A stretch of DNA of 64,000 bases. Origin: Candidatus Woesearchaeota archaeon. GTDB taxonomy: Archaea; Nanobdellota; Nanobdellia; SCGC-AAA011-G17; PNOQ01. Under the pieces are notes generated by a model. That model did no database searches. It had not been told where the DNA came from and was given only the letters and a program-made list of their open reading frames with translations. Of the stretch, positions 26,050 to 34,521 are shown piece by piece. Position 1 is the first letter of the stretch; each line of letters opens with the position of its first letter. A program made the position numbers and the translations under genes. The DNA lies in the NCBI GenBank assembly GCA_964344655.1, contig CAYFOF010000003.1, forward strand, positions 428 to 64,427. The letters are read 5' to 3'.

Positions 26050-27603
26050 TTATTTTCTCCATCTTCCTTTAATGATTGGAAGTGCTTGAACTAATCCTCC
26101 TTCATATAGTACCCCATTGCCCGCCATTGAAGTTGAAGGTTGTCCTAATTGATAATCTAAAGGTATTAATGAACTTGTTCCAACAGACATTGATCCTTTG
26201 CTTACTTCTAGTTGATGAACGTGCCCCATAATGACTTTTCCATAGGCTTCTATTAAACTTTTTAGTGAGCCTCTTCCGCCATTTTTTCCTTTGTGACCAT
26301 GGGCACCACATTGATATCCCCAATACATTGCGTCTTCACCAAGTCTTAGGAATCTTAGATTATTTGGGATTTTATTTTCAAAAAGTTTTCTTATTGCTAC
26401 TTCAAGTGCATTATCTTTAACAGAATTAAAAGATTCAGCCCCCAATATTCTGTGTGCCATTTTTCTATTTTGTGGATCACTTCTATAAGCTCCTTTTGCT
26501 AACCAACGATATAACATATCGTCATGATTGGAGTAGTTAACGATTACTTCACCTTTTCCTGCTCTTTTTGCTTTCTCTATTAGATATTCTCCAGTTTCAT
26601 AAAGCTCTTCTTCAAGACTTCTAACTCTTCTTTCATGTTTGTCTGTTTGTGCAACTTCGTCATCTAGTTCATGAAGATTTATTGATTGAGCACTGAATGC
26701 GTCGTGAATGTGTATGTGTTCTGGAGCAAAATAATCTATCATTTCGTTGTTTGCTTCATCTGTTTCTGGATCTAATTCAGAAACGTGGGAATCTCCAAGA
26801 ACTAAAGCAACTGTTTTTGCTTTGTGGGGTTTTACTCCTTTTGCGTACTTTATTCCTAAATCTATAAATGTTCCATTTGCTTGAGCAGGAACTATTCTTG
26901 GAAGGTATAATTTTTCATCTAAAACATCAACAACTACAAATCCAAATTCATGCTCTTCATCAGCATCATATCCCCTTCTATTTGTAGTGTTATAACTTGG
27001 ATGAGTGCAACATCCTGTCGTTAACATTAATTTTGGGTATTCTCCAGATTGTCCTTTTGCTACAGGAGTTAATACTTGTTTTGGGCTTGGCATAACAATT
27101 GAACTTCCGCCGTGTTTTTTTGTATATTTTCCTTTCCCAGTTAAAGGATTTTGATTTTGAGAGGGTTCTGGAACCGCTATTAGTCGTACATTTGTATTTA
27201 ATCTTTCTCCCGTTGTTTCATAATTAGTATTTGGCATTTCATTCCAAAAAAAATGCATTGGCATTTTTGGAGATCTTCCTTTTTCTCTCCAATTATCTCT
27301 CTTTTCTTGTTCTCTTTCTTTTTGCATTTCTAATCTGCCTTTTGCATTACTTTCCATATATACATCATCTCTTTTGTGGAAAAATGGATGTAATTCAATT
27401 TCATTAACGTAAGATCCGGGAATTGCACAAATTCTTAATTCCCCTTCGTTATCTCGAACATATCTTTCTAAATTTTTTATAAGTGGTAAATTTGGAGCAC
27501 CTTTAGAAGAATCTCTTCCATAGTGTTCAGCAGAATGAGGATTTTGAATGCCTTGCGCAGCAGTTATAGCAATAGTTTTAGTTTTAGAATTATCACCCTC
27601 CAT
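26050..27603 (-). CDS. Two-domain protein: N-terminal region of unknown function plus C-terminal calcineurin-like metallophosphoesterase domain
   Basis: Phosphoesterase motifs LGDSHV (GDxH), HIHDAF, YSNHDD (GNHD/E-like) and GHVHQ (GHxH) in residues about 260-470. 517 aa. Confidence 0.7.
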   Translation of the reverse strand: MEGDNSKTKTIAITAAQGIQNPHSAEHYGRDSSKGAPNLPLIKNLERYVRDNEGELRICAIPGSYVNEIELHPFFHKRDDVYMESNAKGRLEMQKEREQEKRDNWREKGRSPKMPMHFFWNEMPNTNYETTGERLNTNVRLIAVPEPSQNQNPLTGKGKYTKKHGGSSIVMPSPKQVLTPVAKGQSGEYPKLMLTTGCCTHPSYNTTNRRGYDADEEHEFGFVVVDVLDEKLYLPRIVPAQANGTFIDLGIKYAKGVKPHKAKTVALVLGDSHVSELDPETDEANNEMIDYFAPEHIHIHDAFSAQSINLHELDDEVAQTDKHERRVRSLEEELYETGEYLIEKAKRAGKGEVIVNYSNHDDMLYRWLAKGAYRSDPQNRKMAHRILGAESFNSVKDNALEVAIRKLFENKIPNNLRFLRLGEDAMYWGYQCGAHGHKGKNGGRGSLKSLIEAYGKVIMGHVHQLEVSKGSMSVGTSSLIPLDYQLGQPSTSMAGNGVLYEGGLVQALPIIKGRWRK

Positions 27604-27703
27604 GTTTATGTTTAGTTAGGTTTTATATTTAAAGAATTATATACTTGAAAATGTAGAATGTTGTTATTTGTAAACTTTTAAAGTATTTATTGTTTCTTTT
27701 TTT

Positions 27704-27946
27704 ATGAAATTGACAAGAATTTTAAGTCATACTGTAGAGACATATAATTCTGAAAATGAATCTACTAGAACTCATACATATAGAATTGATGGTGAAGAAG
27801 TTGATTTAGAAACTTTTTCTAGAGCAGAAAATCAAAGATGTTTATATAGTTCTGAAAAACATTGGTATGAGCCTATGGCGCATGTAATGCCAGAAGGCCG
27901 TGTAGGTGCAAGTGGAGAAATTATAAAACAATATTTTCCTTTTTAA
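27704..27946 (+). CDS. Small hypothetical protein (80 aa)
   Basis: ORF between the phosphoesterase gene and tRNA-Val; no motif; could be non-coding. Confidence 0.3.
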   Translation: MKLTRILSHTVETYNSENESTRTHTYRIDGEEVDLETFSRAENQRCLYSSEKHWYEPMAHVMPEGRVGASGEIIKQYFPF

Positions 27947-27950
27947 AATA

Positions 27951-28022
27951 TGGTCCCAAGGAGAATCGAACTCCTGTCTCTGCCAAGTCAGGGCAGCGTC
28001 TTAACCACTGGACTATGGGGCC
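27951..28022 (-). tRNA. tRNA-Val (anticodon GAC)
   Basis: On the reverse complement: GGCCCCA ... TGGGACC plus A (one C-A mismatch in the acceptor), anticodon stem CTGCC/GGCAG with loop CTGACTT (anticodon GAC), and T-arm AGGAG-TTCGATT-CTCCT. Length 72 nt. Confidence 0.7.
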
Positions 28023-28127
28023 TTTAACCTAAATTAGAAACCCACATGAATAATAACACAAATAAAATTATGATAAATAGTATGCTGGACATCCAACCTA
28101 AAGTTTTTGGGTTTACAAACATGATTA

Positions 28128-28295
28128 TTATTTCTTCTTCAACCAAGAAAACATTCTTAGTTTAGAAGTTTTTCCATATCCGCAGCTAGAACACTTTTTC
28201 TTCCTTATATGGTATGATGCTTTTCCACATCTTCTACATCTGATAAAGTTCTTTTTACCAGATTTCTTCCCCATGGATGGTGTTCCTTTAGTCAT
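28128..28295 (-). CDS. rpl37e: Ribosomal protein L37e (55 aa, C4 zinc ribbon)
   Basis: Hand translation MTKGTPSMGKKSGKKNFIRCRRCGKASYHIRKKKCSSCGYGKTSKLRMFSWLKKK matches the L37e pattern (MTKGTxSxGKR...CRRCG...KKxCxxCGY). Not in the ORF track (<60 aa). Sits immediately downstream of the LSm gene, the conserved archaeal arrangement. Confidence 0.85.
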   Translation of the reverse strand: MTKGTPSMGKKSGKKNFIRCRRCGKASYHIRKKKCSSCGYGKTSKLRMFSWLKKK

Positions 28296-28299
28296 TTTC

Positions 28300-28524
28300 T
28301 TATGCTGGTGATATTAGAATTATTGTGTCGCCTCTAACGAATACGGTTCCAAGTTTTCTTTTTGTTTCTCCGTTTTCTCTTTCTTCAGCGTCATCTAATA
28401 CAGTATTTATGTGAATATCAAATGCTTTTAATGTACCTAGAAATTGCTTTCCGTTTTTTAACTCAAGCATTACTCTGCTTCCACGTGCTTTGTTTAATGC
28501 GTCTAATGGTCTACTTTCTTCCAT
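28300..28524 (-). CDS. Sm-like archaeal protein (LSm/SmAP)
   Basis: Sm1/Sm2 motifs (VMLELKNGKQFLGTLKAFDIHINTVL ... GTVFVRGDTIILI). 74 aa. Confidence 0.85.
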   Translation of the reverse strand: MEESRPLDALNKARGSRVMLELKNGKQFLGTLKAFDIHINTVLDDAEERENGETKRKLGTVFVRGDTIILISPA

Positions 28525-28599
28525 TTTTATTTAATCCCCCTAAAATATAGAATTTAGCTTAAACTTCTTGTTTATAAGATTATCGGTAATTGTGTAAAA

Positions 28600-28875
28600 T
28601 TAGTTTTTTAATTTTTCATAAGCATCATTAACTTTGACTGCTAATCCGTTATAAAAATCTGTAAATTCCGGATTTGTATCTGGATGAATATCTCTCATTA
28701 TTGCATTTCTTGCTTGTTTAATTTGTTCAAGAGTTGCGTCTTCAGATATTCCAAGTACTTCATAAGGATTTGAAGAACAAACTATTCTGGTTTCTAAAGA
28801 ACCGATTATATCTAGTATGCTTTTTTTAGATGTAGGAATAATTGTTGAATATTTCCTTGGAGTTACTTGCATCAT
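28600..28875 (-). CDS. J-domain (DnaJ-like) protein
   Basis: YEVLGISEDATLEQIKQARNAIMRDIHPD contains the HPD tripeptide of J-domains. Start trimmed to an internal Met to avoid overlap with the upstream ORF. Confidence 0.6.
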   Translation of the reverse strand: MMQVTPRKYSTIIPTSKKSILDIIGSLETRIVCSSNPYEVLGISEDATLEQIKQARNAIMRDIHPDTNPEFTDFYNGLAVKVNDAYEKLKN

Positions 28876-28879
28876 TTTT

Positions 28880-29308
28880 TTATTTTTGATGATTTGCAGC
28901 ATACCATAAACTTTCTAGTAAAATTTCTGCATCTGTTTCTAATAATGCATATAATCTTGGGTCAGTAATTCCTTGATCAACAAAATAATCTCTCAAATTT
29001 GGAAAGCTAGGATTTGGTAAATGTGGAACAAATCTAGAACGGTTACACGATAATGCTAAATCTGCATATTCTTCTTCCCATGCTTCTTTGTAACCTTCAA
29101 TTGCCCTAGTAACTTTTTCTCTTAAATCTGGGTTGCCATTTAAGTAAGCTAAAACAACTGGACTTAAATCTTCAATTCTTCTCGGTGTTAAAATTCCTTC
29201 CGCTGAAAATGTTTCAAGCATAGATGCTTTGAAAGAACTAAGACCTTCGTCTGCTCTATCTTCAATTCTCTTATTAGGTTCAATAAATGTTTTTGATTTT
29301 GTATCCAT
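28880..29308 (-). CDS. Hypothetical protein (142 aa)
   Basis: ORF with normal composition immediately upstream of the J-domain gene; no motif. Confidence 0.4.
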   Translation of the reverse strand: MDTKSKTFIEPNKRIEDRADEGLSSFKASMLETFSAEGILTPRRIEDLSPVVLAYLNGNPDLREKVTRAIEGYKEAWEEEYADLALSCNRSRFVPHLPNPSFPNLRDYFVDQGITDPRLYALLETDAEILLESLWYAANHQK

Positions 29309-29431
29309 TTTAATATTGCCTCTACTGTCTAGTGGTATAATTATTTATAAAGGTTTCTGTTTTTTATTTATTGATAAATCGGGGAGAAATAAAAAGTTTT
29401 ATAAAGAGAATGAGTTCCAAAAAAGTTACAA

Positions 29432-29809
29432 ATGGCAATAAGTCAAGAAAGATCAAGAAGGAAAGTAAGTGGATCAAGATATGTAGCTTTGAGAAAAAAG
29501 AAAAGCTATGAATTGGGAAGAGATCCTACGTACACTAAGCTAGGTACTGAAAAGAAAAAAACTATTCGGAAAATGGCTGGTGGAAGAAAAGAAGTTTTAC
29601 TTACTGCAGAAACTATTAATTTACTTGATCCTAAAACAAAAAAGAGTTCTAAGATAAAAATTGATAAAGTTTTGGAGAATCCAGCTAATAGACACTTTGT
29701 TAGAAGAAATATTTTAACTAAGGGCACTGTTATTGAGACTTCAAAAGGAAAAGCTAAAATTACTTCACGTCCTGGACAAGAAGGAAGTATTAACGCTGTT
29801 TTGATTTAA
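29432..29809 (+). CDS. rps8e: Ribosomal protein S8e
   Basis: N-terminal RRK-rich region and C-terminal ...KITSRPGQEGSINAVLI are characteristic of S8e. 125 aa. Confidence 0.85.
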   Translation: MAISQERSRRKVSGSRYVALRKKKSYELGRDPTYTKLGTEKKKTIRKMAGGRKEVLLTAETINLLDPKTKKSSKIKIDKVLENPANRHFVRRNILTKGTVIETSKGKAKITSRPGQEGSINAVLI

Positions 29810-29835
29810 GTTAATTTTATATATAATGAGTATTT

Positions 29836-30246
29836 TTGCGATTTATGAAAAATGAACGCAAAGGATTAATTTATTTGTTATCTGCCGTCGCAGTAAGCAT
29901 TCCCGGGATTGTTTATATGGAAAGAAATGATCTAAAGATAAGAGAAACTTCTCCTCCCCCAATAGTACAGGAATATAATGAATTAGAAGAAAATATTAAT
30001 CAAATTTCTGAAGCAATAAGATGGGCCCCGGGAGTAGAAAGTTTATTGGCTGACGAAAGAATTCAATATGTTGCAAAAAAGGATAGTTTAGAAAATACCC
30101 AACCATATAGAGTTGCATCTCAAGATTATGATAATTCCTTGAAAGATATACGTAATAAAAATAAAAAAGTAGCCATCCCCATGCTTTTGGTAGTGGGGGG
30201 TCTTGCAGTTAAAGGATTACGTATTTCGAAAAAAAGAGATTCTTAA
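29836..30246 (+). CDS. Hypothetical membrane protein with N- and C-terminal TM segments
   Basis: LIYLLSAVAVSIPGIVYM and IPMLLVVGGLAVKGL hydrophobic segments. 136 aa. Confidence 0.4.
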   Translation: MRFMKNERKGLIYLLSAVAVSIPGIVYMERNDLKIRETSPPPIVQEYNELEENINQISEAIRWAPGVESLLADERIQYVAKKDSLENTQPYRVASQDYDNSLKDIRNKNKKVAIPMLLVVGGLAVKGLRISKKRDS

Positions 30247-30308
30247 AATAGAAAGTTTTATAAATAGATAATCGACTTGCTATATAAACCTTACTGGACT
30301 TTCAGTAG

Positions 30309-31268
30309 GTGGTGAAATACAATATGTCTGCTAATTATATAAAAAAATGTCCCGAATGTGGGAGTATTAACCTAATGTCTCGAGATGAGAGAGGAGAAAT
30401 CATCTGCAAAGATTGTGGTTTAGTTATTGAAGAACGTATGATTGACTTTGGTCAAGAATGGAGAGAGTTTGATTCTGAATCTGCTGATAAGAGAAGAAGA
30501 ACTGGTGCACCAATAACTGCTACTAAATTTGATGGTGGATTAGGTACAAGCATTGGTACTGATGCTGATATTTTGAAATTAAATACTAAATCTAAAAATA
30601 AATATATGAGATTACAAAAATGGCAACATAGAATTTCTACTGCTATTGAAAGAAATTTAAAATTAGCTTTAGCTGAATTGAAAAGAGTAAGTTCATTCTT
30701 GAAATTACCAAATCCGGTTTTAGAAGATGCTTCTGAAATTTACAGACAAGCTGTTCAACGTGGATTAGTTAGAGGAAGATCTATGGAGAGTGTTGTTTCT
30801 GGTGCATTATACGCTGCATGTAGAAGACATGAAATTCCTAGAACTTTAGATGAATTAGCTGAGGCTTCTGGAATTGATAAGAAAGAAATTGGAAGAACTT
30901 ATAGATTTATTACTAGAGAATTGGGAGTTAGAATTTTACCATCTAATCCTGTAGATTATATTCCAAGGTTTTCATCTGAATTAAAATTAAACGCTGAAAC
31001 TCAGAGTAAAGCTGTTGAAATTTTAGAGATGGCTCAAAAAGCTGAATTAACTTCTGGTCGTGGACCAACAGGAATTGCGGCCGCTTCATTGTATGTTGCT
31101 GCTGTGATGAATAATGAAAAAAGAACTCAAAGAGAGGTGGCTGATGTTGCCGGTGTAACTGAAGTTACAATCAGGAATAGATACAAAGAGTTGCTTAAGA
31201 AGTTAGATTTAGAAGATGAGTTGAAGAAGAAACAAAAAGAGAATAAAGAAGAAAACGAAGAAGAGTAG
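30309..31268 (+). CDS. tfb: Transcription initiation factor IIB (TFB)
   Basis: N-terminal zinc ribbon CPECGS...CKDCG, B-finger/linker, two cyclin-like repeats, and an acidic K/E tail. Confidence 0.9.
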   Translation: MVKYNMSANYIKKCPECGSINLMSRDERGEIICKDCGLVIEERMIDFGQEWREFDSESADKRRRTGAPITATKFDGGLGTSIGTDADILKLNTKSKNKYMRLQKWQHRISTAIERNLKLALAELKRVSSFLKLPNPVLEDASEIYRQAVQRGLVRGRSMESVVSGALYAACRRHEIPRTLDELAEASGIDKKEIGRTYRFITRELGVRILPSNPVDYIPRFSSELKLNAETQSKAVEILEMAQKAELTSGRGPTGIAAASLYVAAVMNNEKRTQREVADVAGVTEVTIRNRYKELLKKLDLEDELKKKQKENKEENEEE

Positions 31269-31288
31269 AAAGGTTTTTATATTCTAAT

Positions 31289-31678
31289 TTGAATTTATAT
31301 TATATGGCTTTGAAATGTGCTAGATGCGGAAAGGCATTGACAGGAAGACAAAAGAAGTGGTGTTCTGTTTCTTGCAGAAATGAAGGCAGTCAAAAAGCTG
31401 GAAGTTCTGAATTAAAAAGATTAGTTGAAGTTAGTGTTTTATCACAAAAAACTAATTTAGCATTGGCTAAATCTGTAAATGATTTAAGTTCTAGAATTGA
31501 TAGAATGATTTCTATGTTTGAAAAAGCTGCCGAGGGTGTTGGAGATGTTAGGGAAGTTACAAAAGATGAGGTAAATCAGGTAGCTAAACAATTGAAAGAG
31601 GTTGTCCAACAAAATAAAGATTTAGCAGAAGGCTTGCTTGCATTAGATAATTATGTGAGAAGGCATAAAAATGGATGA
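31289..31678 (+). CDS. Hypothetical zinc-finger plus coiled-coil protein
   Basis: CARCG...CSVSC four-Cys cluster at the N-terminus followed by a heptad-rich C-terminus. 129 aa. Confidence 0.45.
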   Translation: MNLYYMALKCARCGKALTGRQKKWCSVSCRNEGSQKAGSSELKRLVEVSVLSQKTNLALAKSVNDLSSRIDRMISMFEKAAEGVGDVREVTKDEVNQVAKQLKEVVQQNKDLAEGLLALDNYVRRHKNG

Positions 31679-31819
31679 AATATTTTTTGTTAATGATAAA
31701 TATACTTTAGACAAAGATAGTTTGTTTAGAAAATTAAGTATTATGTTGGATGCAGAGGAAAGAGAGAAAGCAAAGTTCATGAAGGACTATGTTTTCAAAT
31801 TGATTAGAGCAAGTAAAAA

Positions 31820-32212
31820 ATGAAATCGTTTTTGATATTATTGATGTTATTAGTAATACCTTTTTCTAGTGCTTACTCTGTTGGAGATTTTATTGATGAT
31901 GGAAAAGATTTTTTTGAAGATTATTTTGCTTTAACTGGTTCTGTTATTGTTAAGTTAACTGAGAGAATAACTGATTTGGGTGGGGGAAGTTTTGAAAGTA
32001 TTCACCCTTCTCAAGAATATGTTTTTGAAGGATGTATTGATAATGATAGGGGAAATTATAAATTTAAAGGAACTTGTGAGTTTGAAGGTGAAAAATTTGT
32101 AGATTATTGTAGTGAAGATTCAGTTATGGTTTATGAACATTCTTGTAATAATGGTTGTGTTGGTTCTTGGTATTTGTGTGAGAATAAGTGTGAAGATGGA
32201 GCTTGCATATAG
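31820..32212 (+). CDS. Small secreted cysteine-rich protein
   Basis: Signal peptide MKSFLILLMLLVIPFSSAYS. Ten Cys in the C-terminal 70 residues, consistent with disulfide-stabilized extracellular protein. Confidence 0.45.
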   Translation: MKSFLILLMLLVIPFSSAYSVGDFIDDGKDFFEDYFALTGSVIVKLTERITDLGGGSFESIHPSQEYVFEGCIDNDRGNYKFKGTCEFEGEKFVDYCSEDSVMVYEHSCNNGCVGSWYLCENKCEDGACI

Positions 32213-32246
32213 AAAAGTATTTATATTCTTATTGTAATTTTTTATT

Positions 32247-32756
32247 ATGAATAATATCTCAAGAGCATTAGGAGGGCTAATTATTTTAGTATTGTTATTT
32301 TTGGGTTTAGCTGGAGTTAATTATACTGGAAATGTTGTTGGTTCTTTTGAGAAACATCCATTAGTTGCTGTTGAATTTAATTATGAAGATGATAGTTTTT
32401 CTAAAGATGTTCATAGAGAATTAGTTTCAGGAGATTATTCTTTGAATACAGTTGATGAAGGAAAGTATTTGGTTTTGAGATGGAATAAAGAAATCATAGA
32501 ATTAAATTTAATTGTTAATGGAAATTCAAAATTTGAAATATGGTCTGAAGATGATATTTTGGTTGCTTCTGGAGAAATAGATCATAAAAATTTTAGAGAG
32601 TATACTTTTGAATTAAGTGGAGACTTATCTCACGGAGATTATGCTTTATTTAATTATGGACCTGAAAAAATTGTAATTGATAGTATTTCGGGAGTTGAAG
32701 TTTCTGAATCTAAATTAAATAAATTTTTAGAATTAATTGCAGAAGGGTTTATTTAA
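32247..32756 (+). CDS. Hypothetical secreted or N-terminally anchored protein
   Basis: N-terminal TM/signal GGLIILVLLFLGLAGV. 169 aa. Confidence 0.45.
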   Translation: MNNISRALGGLIILVLLFLGLAGVNYTGNVVGSFEKHPLVAVEFNYEDDSFSKDVHRELVSGDYSLNTVDEGKYLVLRWNKEIIELNLIVNGNSKFEIWSEDDILVASGEIDHKNFREYTFELSGDLSHGDYALFNYGPEKIVIDSISGVEVSESKLNKFLELIAEGFI

Positions 32757-33732
32757 CCCAATCTACTAAAACTTGATCGGTTCTTTGGTATGGGTAAATT
32801 TTTGGATCTTTATTTTTTGTTTTGTGTCCACCTTTGTGCATTAAATATGCCGTTAAACCAATCATTGCGGCGTTGTCAACTAAAAATTGATTTTCTGGAA
32901 TAAAACATTTTGCATCTCTTTCTTTACACATTATTTGTGACATTTCTTTTAATCTTGTGTTGCAAGCAACTCCACCACCCAGGGCAAGTTCTTTTTTGTC
33001 ACAGTGAGCCATTGCTCTTTCTGAAACTTCTAATAACATTGCAAAAGATGTTTCTTGTAGGGAGTACGCAAGATCTTCAACTTTGTATTTTTTTGAATCG
33101 TATAATTGTTTTAGTTTTGTTAACATCCCAGTTAGAGAAATATCCATGCCTTTTACAGAATAAGGAAGTTCTATGTAGTTTTTTGATTTGTCTGCCAAGT
33201 TAGAAAGTTTTGGTCCACCAGGAAATCCTAGTCCTAAATATCTTGCGAAAGAATCTAGAAAATTACCAATACCTTGATCTAAAGTTTCTCCGAAAATTCT
33301 GTATTTTCCACCCTCAAAAGCAATCACTTGCGTGTTAGCTCCTGAAGCGTATAATAAAACTGGGTCTTTTGCTCCAGTTAGAACTTTTGTGACTTCTAAA
33401 TGTGCCACGCAATGATTTACTTCTATGAAAGGGATTTTATATTTTTCATTTAATTTTTTTATGAAATCTTTTCCTACATGTAAGCAAGGTGCTATTCCTG
33501 GACCGGCAGAATATGCAAGTAAGTCAATCTCTTCTATTTTTGTATTTGATTCATTTAATGCTTGTTCTAATAATTCATCTTTGTGTTTTTTGTGATGGTT
33601 TGCGGCATTTGTTGGAATTATTCCGCCAGATTCTGTTGTATAAGATTTTTTTAAATTAATTAGAACTTTTTCATCTTCTATTATTGCTATTCCAAAAGTA
33701 TGTGCAGTGGATTCTACTGATAAAATCTTCAT
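32749..33732 (-). CDS. kae1: tRNA N6-adenosine threonylcarbamoyltransferase Kae1 (Kae1/TsaD family), not fused to Bud32
   Basis: MKILSVESTAHTFGIAI N-terminus; metal-binding HCVAHLE (HxxxH); ASKH-fold motifs GGGVACN. Start set at MKIL, whose ATG overlaps the stop of the upstream micro-ORF. Confidence 0.85.
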   Translation of the reverse strand: MKILSVESTAHTFGIAIIEDEKVLINLKKSYTTESGGIIPTNAANHHKKHKDELLEQALNESNTKIEEIDLLAYSAGPGIAPCLHVGKDFIKKLNEKYKIPFIEVNHCVAHLEVTKVLTGAKDPVLLYASGANTQVIAFEGGKYRIFGETLDQGIGNFLDSFARYLGLGFPGGPKLSNLADKSKNYIELPYSVKGMDISLTGMLTKLKQLYDSKKYKVEDLAYSLQETSFAMLLEVSERAMAHCDKKELALGGGVACNTRLKEMSQIMCKERDAKCFIPENQFLVDNAAMIGLTAYLMHKGGHKTKNKDPKIYPYQRTDQVLVDWVK

Positions 33733-33833
33733 TTTTGACATTCTGAACAAACTGGTTTTTTCTTTTCGTATGTTCCTTTTATTTTTCCTAAAAAAGTTTG
33801 TTCTATTTCCTTATTACATTTTGAACATTTCAT
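33729..33833 (-). CDS. 34-aa zinc-ribbon micro-protein (MKCSKCNKEIEQTFLGKIKGTYEKKKPVCSECQK), translationally coupled to kae1
   Basis: CxxC...CxxC spacing. Its TGA overlaps the kae1 ATG (ATGA). Not in the ORF track. Confidence 0.35.
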   Translation of the reverse strand: MKCSKCNKEIEQTFLGKIKGTYEKKKPVCSECQK

Positions 33834-33867
33834 TTTAGAAATAAAGAAAATAATTGATTAATATAGT

Positions 33868-34521
33868 TTATTGTTTTTCTGCAAAATGTTTTTCAATATA
33901 AAATCTTAGTAATTGCTCTGCTTCTGGGATACAGTTTTTATCTTGCACTCCAATTTTTGTTCTTTTTTGAAGCTCTTCAAATGTTCTTACTCCCTCTAAA
34001 ACAGCTTCTTCAATGTCATGGTCAGTAATTCTTAAAGTTTTATCAATTACTTTAACTCCAGATCTTCGTATTCTATCATATTGTTCAGTTCTTTCATAGT
34101 AATCATTAACTGCTGCTCTTAATGCTTTGTCTGCCAATACAGAACAGTGATATTTATTTGTTGGAAGTCCATCTAGTCTTGATACTATGTCTTGCGGTTT
34201 AACTTCTAACGCTTGTTCTAGTGTCATTCCGCCATTTTCTGTAATCATTTCTGAAAATATTGAAGTTGATGCAATTGCAGATGCGCATCCAAATGTTTGC
34301 CATTTACATTCTGTTATTCGTTCTTGATCATTAACTTTAATCCACATCTTCATCATATCTCCGCATGCAGCAGAACCTTCTATTCCAACACCGTTTGCTT
34401 CCGAAGCATATTTTGTGGCTTCATCTTGGCTTGTAATTAAATTTCTTGGGTTGAAGAAATGATCTTTAACTTTTTCAGAGTAGATCCATTCTTGACCGTC
34501 CCTTGTAAATCCATCACTCAT
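33868..34521 (-). CDS. iscU: Fe-S cluster assembly scaffold, IscU/NifU N-terminal-domain protein with C-terminal extension
   Basis: Three conserved scaffold Cys: GSAACGD, FGCASAI, plus a downstream Cys/His region. 217 aa. Overlaps iscS by 4 nt. Confidence 0.75.
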   Translation of the reverse strand: MSDGFTRDGQEWIYSEKVKDHFFNPRNLITSQDEATKYASEANGVGIEGSAACGDMMKMWIKVNDQERITECKWQTFGCASAIASTSIFSEMITENGGMTLEQALEVKPQDIVSRLDGLPTNKYHCSVLADKALRAAVNDYYERTEQYDRIRRSGVKVIDKTLRITDHDIEEAVLEGVRTFEELQKRTKIGVQDKNCIPEAEQLLRFYIEKHFAEKQ

